A DNA stretch of 64,000 nt from Octopus vulgaris (lineage: Eukaryota): assembly GCA_951406725.2 (NCBI GenBank), contig OX597817.1, positions 176,669,963-176,733,962 on the forward strand, written 5' to 3'. The translations under genes and the position numbers were made by a program. The notes below the pieces were generated by a model. It was not told where the DNA came from and did not search any database. It saw only the letters and a program-made list of their open reading frames with translations. This document shows positions 53,472 to 64,000 of this stretch, piece after piece (position 1 is the stretch's first letter; the number at the start of each line of letters is the position of its first letter).

Positions 53472-56400
53472 GGACAGAAGGCGGCTGGACGTGACAGAGG
53501 ATGGACGTATTTTTACGATGCTCTGAACTGGCAACAGCGAACCCAGCAGGTCAACTGTAGAAAACTGGAAGATCTACTGTTTACTGTAAGTAATTTGAAT
53601 TACCCTCAAAATAAGTAAAAAAAAACTTACATATCTACAGCTCATACAAACGTACACCTAACAAGAAAAATTAGAAACATAAATATCTCCAATTCTGTGT
53701 GAACATTTACATTTAGTCGTCTCTCATGACTATAAGAATGTGTCAAATTGCCTTTTAAATTACCTTTTATTGTAACAACACAATTAAATGCACGATAAAA
53801 AGTTATGGAATTAAGCACCTACTACTATATACATACAACTGAATTCAGAAATTTAAAAATATATACATAACATTGAACTCAGAAAGTTATTTAAAAAAAG
53901 AAAAAAAAATCTTCGACGAAAACATCAGATAATATGTGTGAGTGAATATACATATATATACATATACATATGCATGTGGTGAAGAAGAAAAGAGAAAGGA
54001 AAAAAATAAATAAATAAACGTAAACAGGTTTGACCTTTTACTGACCATTAACGTCCTTTGTCTCCATCTACCGTGGCTATTTATAGACCCAAAGAACATG
54101 AATTCTTTAACCACCCATTCTCCAACACAATGGAGTGTTGATGTTGGCTGTGGCTACACATAAAACAATGTCATTGAAGATGATGATGGTGATGGTGATG
54201 TTGCTGATGATGGTGATGGTGGTGAAGATGATAGTAATAACAATAATAACTGACAGATCCCGTCTTTTTCCCTTTCTTTTCGTTTCCTTCTCCGTATTTT
54301 ATTCTCATTATTTCGAACTAATACAGACACAGTAAGCTTTGAAGAAAGGAAGAGGAGGAAAGGAAAAAAAAAAAAAAAAATGTCCGGAGATAAAACTATC
54401 AACAAAAAAAATACAGACGAATATAGATCTGCTAGTCTTAAGAAGCGGCGCTATGAGCAATGCTTACACGTAGTGAACCCTAAACTGACAGATCCATCTC
54501 CTAATATAAGAATGGATGCTCGTCATGCTTCAAGGTCAACAAATCAAACAATAAACCGCATTGGTCATTGCGCGGATTACAAAAGACCACGTACCCGAAA
54601 ATTGAACCAAATCCTGATTGAAAAATCAGTTACTGGATCAAATCTTCCCAACACACAGGAGCTGGACGAACCCCACAACCGGAATATTCCAACAGATGGC
54701 CATCCATGCTCATCACCAAATAATCAAAAGAAAAAGAAGGAAAAATGGTCTAGGGAAGATAATAAAGAAGTTCTTGAGGCCTTCTACCATGCCATATATT
54801 TCCCCACAGATAAGTCTAGCACTGTACAAGCATACTTAAACTGGAGACAGAAACACCCTGAAGTAAGACCCTACATAGACAGTAACAAGCTTGCCAATGT
54901 TAGAAGAAACATTATAAAAAAGAAATTACTGACTGAAGTAGAGATTGATCAGGTTAGACAAGCAATATCGGATAAAATGAACGAAGCTGCAGCTAGAGAA
55001 GATAATACAGAGGAAATGATTATAGACCAGCCCAGGGCGGATAAAAACGAAGAGAGGATTGAAAGAGTTAGTATAAGTGATAGGCAAAGTGAAATACGCC
55101 CTGAACCAATCATAAACACTAAGACAGATGAGCATCAAATAGATAAAGAAAGTCACACAAATATTGACCCAACAGAACTACATGAGCTAAAAAATCAAAT
55201 CATGATTGAATGGCTGAAAATTAAAGAAACCAGCATGGATGAGCGTGATACACTTCCTAAAATCCGCAACTCTAACCAAAACATGAAAATAATTGGTAAA
55301 ATCCGGCTTGCACTTAAGGATATAATTTCAGTTAATGATGTTGATATCACAAACCTCAACCACCTATACTATGCATCCGCGAAAATCTCAACGATCCTAT
55401 GTGGTGTAAAGATTAGAAAACGGCAACAGTCCCACAAAAGCCTTCTTGGCAAGAGCGTCTGCAACAACAAATTAAAATATTTAGATCTGACATTGAATAT
55501 TTGAAAAACCTTAAGGCTCACAAGATTACCAAACCTACAAAAACCCCAAAATTACTGAAAAAATACAATATGAAAACTATACTTGATATTGATGCCACCA
55601 TAGAAACCATCAAACAAAAGGTATCTGCCAAAGCTGCCCGCATAGCGAGGTATGAAAAGCGTGTTAGATTTTTCAAGGACAACAACATGTTCAAAAATAA
55701 CACCAAGAATTTTTACAGGAAGATGGGAAAAACAGCGTTTACTGCAGGGTCTGTACCATCAAAAGAAGAAGTGCAGAGATTTTGGAATAAAATCTGGGCA
55801 GAAGAAAAAACACACAACGAAAAGGCCCCTGGATTGACAGAATATCTACAGAACTGGACCCCTTAGAAGAGCAAAAGTGGGAGGGTGTCAAGGTAGAAGA
55901 TATAAGATCTGCTCTCAGGAGGTCAAGCAAATGGAAGTCTCCAGGAAAGGATAAAATTCCTAACTTCTGGCTGAATGCCTTCCCAGAGAGCCATGAACTG
56001 CTAACAGAACTGTACAATGATGTTTTGCAACACCCTAGTAGGATGCCTCCTTGGCTAGTTAATGGGTTAACATTCCTGCTTCCAAAAAGTGAAGAAACAA
56101 ATGAACCAAAAAACTATAGACCCATAACTTGCTTAACAACTATGTACAAAACACTAACATCTGTCCTGACGGAATATACCTATAGTTTTTTAACAGACAG
56201 CAGCATATTCCCTAATGAACAGAAAGGATGTAAACGTGGATCCTACGGCTGTAAAGACCAACTACTCATCAATAAGATGATCTTAGAAGATTGTCACAAA
56301 CGACACAAAAACTTATCAATAGCCTGGATAGACTATAAAAAGGCTTTTGATAGCCTACCACATAGCTGGATTAGGAAATGCCTTGAAATGTATAAGATAG

Positions 56401-58420
56401 CACCAACTCTGCGAAACTTCTTGACTGTAAGTATGAGATCATGGAGAACCACACTAACTCTGAACAGTGACAGTGAATCCCTAAATGCTGGTGATGTAAA
56501 AATTTCGTGTGGCATTTTCCAGGGTGACTCACTGTCACCACTCCTCTTTTGTTTATCCTTAATACCTCTCTCAAAGCTGCTCAATGACGCGCAGTACGGG
56601 TATAAAATGTTTGATAAAAATATAAATCATCTCGTTTACATGGATGATTTAAAGCTTTTGCAAAAAATGATCAACAACTCAAGGGCTTACTAGCGATAGT
56701 CAAACAATTCAGTGACGACATCAGAATGCAATTCGGCCTCGATAAATGTGCAAAGGCTACCTTTATCAAAGGAAAAATGACAGAAACATCTAACGTTAAC
56801 CTTAACCAACAGAATGTCATAAAAGAACTAGACCCAGCGGAGAGCTACAAGTACCTAGGGATAATTGAAGGGAACGGAATAAGGCATTCAGAGATGAAGG
56901 AAAGGATCAGGAGAGAATGCTATCGAAGAGTGAGAGCAATACTCAAGACAGAGCTGAATGCAAGAAACAGGATCGAAGCAATCAATGCATTAGCTATACC
57001 AGTCGTGACTTACAGTTTCAATATTGTTAACTGGTCAATTACTGAAATATGTCAGCTCGACAGAAAAATAAGGAAACTGTTGACAATGCATAGAATGCAC
57101 CACCCTAAGGCAGATACAGAACGACTCTATCTGCCAAGAAAAGAGGGAGGCCGTGGTCTTTTGCAACTGGCAATAACAATGAAGATTGCTACAATTGGCC
57201 TAGACACCTACCTGAAAAACTCTGAGGACTGGATGCTAAAACTTGTCTCAAAACATGAAAACAAGAAAGCATCATACTCAGTCACAAAACAGGCAAAGGA
57301 ATATCTAAGTGAATTCCGAATACAACCAATTTCGGAATTAGAGATAGATATACAAGAAACAAGCACAGAAAAAGCTAGGCGCATGAAAACCCGTGCCAAA
57401 ACTGCGGCCTTAGATATTCTGAATAATAAATGGCAAGAAAAACCTCTCTATGGCAAATACCCAAAGAGAGCGAATAATGCAGATATCGACAAAGCCCTGA
57501 CCCATCAATGGCTAATGGCCTCTGGCTTAAAATCTGAAACAGAGGGGTTTATCATAGCAGCTCAAGATCAATGCCTACCAACAAGAAACTACCAGGCCAA
57601 CATATTAAAGATCAGAAGCAGTCCAACGTGTCGTGTATGCAAGCAACAAAATGAAACCATTGACCATGTGGTCTCCAAGTGCAGTCTTCTAGCGCCTACA
57701 GAGTATCTCAACAGGCACGATAGAGCTGCACAATATATTCACTGGGTAATCTGTAAAAACCTGGATTTGCCCCATGAAAAAAACTGGTGGGAACACAAAC
57801 CACCCCAGTGCTTGAAAATGACCACATCTCACTCCTCTGGAACTTCACCATTCAAACTGACAGGAAGATAGATGCAAATAGGCCAGACATCATATTGAAA
57901 AACTTCAAACAAAGAACATCCCTCCTCATTGATATGACTGTCCCAATCGATATAAACGTATCTGTCAAGACCTACCAAAAACTGAGCAAATATAAAGATC
58001 TTGAAATAGAAATCAGCAAAATGTGGAAGCTGAAGACTAAAACAATACCTGTTGTCATAGGTGCCCTGGGAATGATAGCAAAAGGGGCTGATAGCTACCT
58101 AACTCAGATACCAGGAAACCCAAAAATGGCAGAAGTTCAAAAGATAGTGCTCATGGGAACTGCTCATATCCTACGCAAAATACTCTCTATGTAATCTCAA
58201 GGTTTAAAACAAACATAATTTTCGGTTTAAAAAAAAAAAAAAAAAAAAAAACCTTTTTTTTTCTTTTTAGACATTCATTAGTACAACATCCCCACCCCCC
58301 AAATATATGGCACACTAGGCATAACAACAACATGAACTTCCAACCCTGTTGTCTCTTGAGGTCTCTGGGTGAGACTTGGAGCCAACTTGTACAAATATAA
58401 AGCAAAAGTCAAACATAGAA
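53471..58420 (+). mobile_element. Full-length R4/Dong-clade non-LTR retrotransposon inserted in (TAA)n
   Basis: ~900-bp 5' UTR, single long ORF with RT and C-terminal REL endonuclease, 3' UTR running into (TAA)n; only in copy C. Confidence 0.94.
54380..58194 (+). pseudogene. R4/Dong ORF (RT, CCHC knuckle, PD-(D/E)xK endonuclease) broken by about four frameshifts
   Basis: KWSREDNKEVLEAFY; WKSPGKD; NYRPITC, QKGC, DYKKAFDS, GIFQGDSLSPLLF, YMDD, YKYLG; CRVC-x7-H-x4-C, RHD, NRPDI, KLSKY; shifts near 55440, 55830, 56660, 57800. Confidence 0.93.
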
Positions 58421-58715
58421 TAATAATAATAATAATAATAATAATGATAATAATAATAATAATGATAATTATAATGTTAATAATAATAATAATGATAATA
58501 ACACTTTTAATGAAAATTCAAGAAATGAAAGTAATGCATTCAAGTTAAAGCAGTCAGCCAGGATCTAACTTCTGTCAACCAACTTATGAATCATTTTTAT
58601 GAGTCGTATACATTTTTAATTGCTTTTCTCAATCGATTTCACCTCTCACCACATCTCTTTTGACACAACGCCTTATATGCTTCTTTTCATGCATACATAC
58701 ATACAGACATACATG

Positions 58716-58799
<84 letters not shown>

Positions 58800-59464
58800 C
58801 ATATATATATATTATATGCACACACGCACACACACATATATACATATTCATGTATAAATATATGTATGTATGTATGTATGACCATATATGTAGATCCCTT
58901 GGTTGCATCAGAGGTGCCTACTGATGGAAAACCTGCTGTTTGACCTGATTAAAAGTCCTCTCTGTTCGGTCTGCCACTAGGTTCTAGTCACAGAGACTCA
59001 GAGTGGTACTGGTATTCTACAGGTGCCTCTCACTATAATCAAATGATGCACAGTTATGTCTTTAAGATGACCACATTCGGCATTTCATCTGCTTAAGTTC
59101 CTACGGTGGTGGAAGAATGGACGCGCACGGTAGGCTACAACAACTTTCGTCTCTCACTTACGCTTCAAAGAAGGCAGATCGGCAGAGAGACTAAATTTCA
59201 ACTGAGAGGTCTTGAATCGAAACACAGAAATGCCTTTGACAAACAGGAAGCCAAAGAAAACGGCAACCATCTGCTAAGATGGAGCAATCAACTTATGTGT
59301 ATGTATATGTGTATATATATATATATATATTAATATATATATATATATATATAATATTTCATAACTTTAAAGTTTATGAAAGCTCACCGTGTTTTGTCAA
59401 TTATAAATAATCCATATAAATATATGCCCTCGACGGAAAAAGTAGTGTTTGCAGTACAAATATA

Positions 59465-59558
<94 letters not shown>

Positions 59559-59575
59559 CATATATATATATATAC

Positions 59576-59619
<44 letters not shown>

Positions 59620-59623
<4 letters not shown>

Positions 59624-60646
59624 ACGAGCGAACCCCCCGTCGAACGAAAGCTGTTACGGAATCCCTCACACAGGCCCGTTCGATGCAGCGAATGTTCACC
59701 ACGAAAACTCGGAGAGGAGAGAGAGACAACAACAACAGCAGCAGGAAGAAGAGACACAGAGGCAATTGGCTCACATTTAACGCTAGTTTATGACAATCAT
59801 TACAACATCAAATACAATGTTAAATACATCAGACATATCAAAGAAAATACATGCAAGAAACAGGTATACAACAGGTAAATACAAGCAAGTAACAGAATCA
59901 ACACATCACAGCATTTAAACTGTCCGGGTAACAACACATCAAATGCAATAACAACAGCATTTCAAGAGTACACGTCCGGAGACAACAGTTGTGTTTCAAA
60001 TCACATTAAAGTTACAGTTCAAAGGACATTAAAGGCCTATACAGTTCAATGTTCATTACACAGTTCTCTTTCCAACAACTCTGTACACAATGTCTTTACA
60101 CAGTTCACATTGCTCTTTTCACTGTCTCATTTCTTTTCAACAGTCTCTTTACATCGATTCTTTTTCCTTCTTTTTCTTCACATATCAATACACAATTCAC
60201 GTACCTTAGTTCCTACTAGAATAGCCAGTATCTCATATTGCACCTCATCTCTCTCAGTACTGCTAACTCCAACTTGCTAAACACTTGCCCTGAATTCCAA
60301 ATCCTCGCTCCTAAATCCAACCGCTCGCCTTGACGACCAAATACCGACTGCCCAAAACCTCTTGCTCTGTCACTACCCTCAATCTCTCTCTTAGCTCTAA
60401 TACTCTCTCTATCGCCGCTCAGATTCCTTAATCTGTCTTCCTCACTACTTTCTTCTTCCTCTTCTTCACTGTCTCTAACACACTGAACTGCTTACTTAAG
60501 GAGGCAGCCCTCCAAATGAACCCTAATTCACCCGAAGGTGTCGGGGAGTCTCCCCAGAGCTAATTAATCAACCCGCATCCGGCAGAACAATGGATTCATT
60601 GCCAAATGTAGGTCGCCGGCTCTGTCCTTAAGTTGAACTCACAACA
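59620..60646. mobile_element. Solo LTR (~1.03 kb), probably Gypsy-type
   Basis: TGTT...AACA termini with ATAT on both sides; no internal coding region; TSD evidence is weakened by the TA-rich context. Confidence 0.75.
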
Positions 60647-60677
60647 ATATTTATATATATATATATATATATATATA

Positions 60678-63600
60678 ACAACCCTTTCCAGAAAATAAGA
60701 AAACCAAAACAACACCCAAACACCGATACACACCTGTCTAAAAATCGGAACCTTCACTACTTTCAAAAAAAGAATACAGGACCTAACCCTAACTCTGTAA
60801 GCAGCCAGCGATACAATATCAGGAATACCCCCACTTCAAGCAGAGAAAGGATAAATCAACACCCACAGCATAGACACTGCAACCTTATCCCCACCCAAAA
60901 GAGTTACCAACGAAATCTCCGTCCCATCAACCGGTTAAACAACCATGCACAACAAACCCACACCACTTACTATGATTACCAACGAAGGCCTCCTAGAACA
61001 CCACACCCAAATATGGGATATCGGGATGCTCTCCTCAATACTGCCCCAAGAACACACACCATAAATCACAACAGGAGACTCCACATCAACAAAGAACAAC
61101 TATATAATAGCTACCGTCCCAACCACCGCATTCATTTTTTAGACCCAATACGCAAACACAGAGACACAAGATAGCACCAAACAAGCAGGAGGAACCAAAA
61201 GTAATAAAAATTATCAATCTAACTCACAAGGAACTAACAGCAAACCAAATAAACATACTTTCCAAAGGACTCAAGTTTACACCCACCCCACAACACCCCA
61301 ACTACAACGAAATGAAAGAAGACATCGCAGAATTCTGCAGAAAATTAAGACTTACTGAGGAGCTATACGATAAATACAACGAGGACGAATCGTTAGCCAG
61401 AAATAGGAGTAACTACACCCCCTCGAAAGGTAAGAACAAAACACTTGATGATTTCTGTGACCACATATCTAATTACCCATATCAACATATGCACAAACAA
61501 AAACACAAACCAAACTTCAGCAAAAAAGAATGGGCTGAGTTGAACAAATTAAAACAAGATAAAACAATAACAATCAAAGAGGCCGATAAAGGGAGTGCTG
61601 TTGTCTTAATGGATACGACATTTTACATAACTTTGGTAATTTCTATGCTGGAAGACACAACATACTATGAAAAGGCACAAAACTACAGTCAACAAAAAAT
61701 AATGAGGGAACTAAAATCCATATTAAACCCATACAAAGCAGGGCTCACCGACAAAGAATATGATTATATGACCAATTTCACAAGTAAAACCAGCCAATTC
61801 TACGGTATACCTAAGATCCACAAAAGTGAAAAAATAAGCAACGCATGCAAGATAGCTACAGACAAAATAATTAAAGTCCCTAATCCTAATGACCTCAAAT
61901 TGAGACCCATAATAGCAGGTCCCGCATGCGAAGCCCACCGCCTCAGTAACTTTTTAGACACCCTGTTAAAACAACTCCTCAAACATGTCAAAAGCTATAT
62001 AAGGGACGACTTAGATATGCTCAATCACCTACCGAACACTATAAACAAAAACACCATACTGGTATCCTTCGATGTAGTCAACCTCTACTCCAATATCCCC
62101 CACAACCTAGGACTAGAGGCAATCCAATTCTGGCTAGAGAATCACGCGAACGAACTACCACACCGCATCAAAAAAGAATTCGTGATAGAAGGGGTAAAAT
62201 TCATCCTGGAAAATAACTTCTTCGCCTTCAATGACAACTTCTACCGACAAAAATCGAAGACTGCGATGGGTACACGAATGGCCCTCTCCTTTGCCAACCT
62301 AGTCATAGGATATCTAGAGATCAGTCTGTATCGTAAGGTTCTAAAAAGATATGGCAGCCCTTTCTCCATCTACATAGAAAACAACTGGAAGAGATATCTA
62401 GATGACTGTTTCATTCTTTGGCATAAAAATATAGGAAAACTCATAGAATTCCAGGAAATTTTAAACGGACTGGACGTAAACATCCAATTTACGATGGAAT
62501 ATAGCCAGCAACAACTCCCCTTCTTCGATATCCTCATTAAGAAAGCTAATAATATAATAGAAACAGACATATACTATAAGCCTACAGACTCTAAACAATA
62601 TCTTCCATTCAATTCATGCCACCCCAGACACACAAGGATGAATATCCCCTTCAATCTAGCAAAAAGGATATGCACTATAGTCTCTAACGCAAACACCAGA
62701 GACACACGACTACAAGAACTAAAAGATACCCTTATCACCAGGAACTATCCACCTTCACTTATTAACAAGTGCATTCAACGTGCCCTTCAACTTAACATCA
62801 AGGAACTGAGACATCCCAAATCAAAGAAAAAACTTACAACCAAAAGCCGTACCATACATCTCCACACACAACCCTCTCAATAACGAAGCCTTCGGCACCA
62901 TCCTCCACAACATACCCCTCCTAAAAAAAGACCACAGAATGAACACAATCCTCCAAACACACACGATCATAAAAAGCAAAAGACAGCCTAGATCCATGAA
63001 AAGTCTCCTAACACAAGCCCAAAGTCACTCTTCAACACAGAAGCCGACAGTAAAAAAATGTGGAAGACCCAATTGCGGGATATGCGACTATCTAATTGAG
63101 GGATCAGAGTTCTCCTTCAAACAGGGACAACGGTTTACAGTGAAAAGCAACTTCACATGTGCTTCGGAGAACCTAATATACTCACTAACCTGCTCCGGGT
63201 GTCAAGAGCAGTACATAGGCCAAACAAAAAATAGTTTGCGTAAACGAATGGCCCTGCACAGATCCCAGATAAAAATTCCCCAAAACAGAAAAATAGCTTT
63301 TAGCCAACACATAGATACTTGCGCCAACAAAAAAACACCAAGCTTCAGGATTTTCCCCTCTACCAATTTAGGGACGATACAACCTCGAGACAACGAATAA
63401 GTAAAGAAAATCTCTTTATTACAAAATACAGGCCACTTCTTAACGGGTCTACGACAAACAATTAATATACCTCAACTTTAGAATAAAAGAAATATATATA
63501 CACACAAATATTACATTCCATAGAATCCATTACTAATCAGCCCCATCACAGCTATACTTTCACCCATTCATATTCTCCCTTCTCTGTTTTTTTCTTCTTC

Positions 63601-64000
63601 TTCCTCTTCTTCTTCATCATCATCATTATCATCATCATCGTCGTCATCATCATCACCACCATCATCATCATCATCATCAACATCGTCATCTTCTTCTCCT
63701 TCTTCTACTTCTCCACCTTCTACCCCTTAACCTTGTCACTAATGTCTTTTAGTATTACGCCTACACAAATTCCATAAACAATTCCTGAATTGGACTGCGA
63801 CTGCTGGCCGCCACGGACCATTCAAAATACGACCATCAGGGCACTCCCAGATTTTCCCACTCCCACCCCCTCTCCACATCAGCATTCTTCTTCTCCTACC
63901 CTACCAAGAACTCACAACGACCTCGAACACACAAGTGCAAACAAGGGAGTCAGAGAAAGGCAGAATGCCACGTATATCTGAACACTACATTAGAAATATT
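60678..64000 (+). mobile_element. Penelope-like element, Neptune-type, running to window end
   Basis: Starts at (TA)n; RT then Cys-rich linker then GIY-YIG; C/A-rich UTRs. Confidence 0.9.
61170..63465 (+). pseudogene. PLE RT + Zn-finger linker + GIY-YIG endonuclease with frameshifts near 62830 and 63355
   Basis: IINL...LSKGLKFTPTP upstream of the annotated Met; IKEADKGSAVV, FYGIPKIHK, LRPII, SFDVVNLYSNI, AMGT, RYLDD; CGRPNCGIC; NLIYSLTCSGC..QYIGQT...R...H. Confidence 0.93.

Overview
AT-rich, microsatellite-rich eukaryotic DNA with no recognisable host protein-coding gene. The SINE and repeat content resembles coleoid cephalopod (Octopus) DNA; that is my recollection, not a database result. 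The window is three head-to-tail copies of a ~14-kb ancestral block (A ~1400-23420, B ~23421-43828, C 43829 to window end). Each copy was independently expanded by retroelement insertions, mostly into (TA)n and (TAA)n tracts: CR1/L2-group LINEs, R4/Dong-type LINEs, tRNA-derived SINEs and several Penelope-like elements (PLEs). The PLEs include a near-intact Naiad-type element and a Neptune-type element. Shared older repeats include a solo LTR, a Tc1/mariner-type MITE and an RTE remnant. The main signals missed by the ORF track are: (i) nine to ten hammerhead ribozyme motifs from five to six PLE families, several as convergent/divergent pairs in long inverted repeats, including an ~885-bp-arm hairpin; (ii) a LINE whose ORF2 lacks an AUG before the endonuclease and overlaps ORF1 in the -1 frame across two in-phase slippery heptamers; (iii) fold-back, inversion and templated-insertion scars visible by comparing the three copies; (iv) a conserved ~46-nt non-coding core present twice per unit. 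Coordinates were read by eye and may be off by a few bases.
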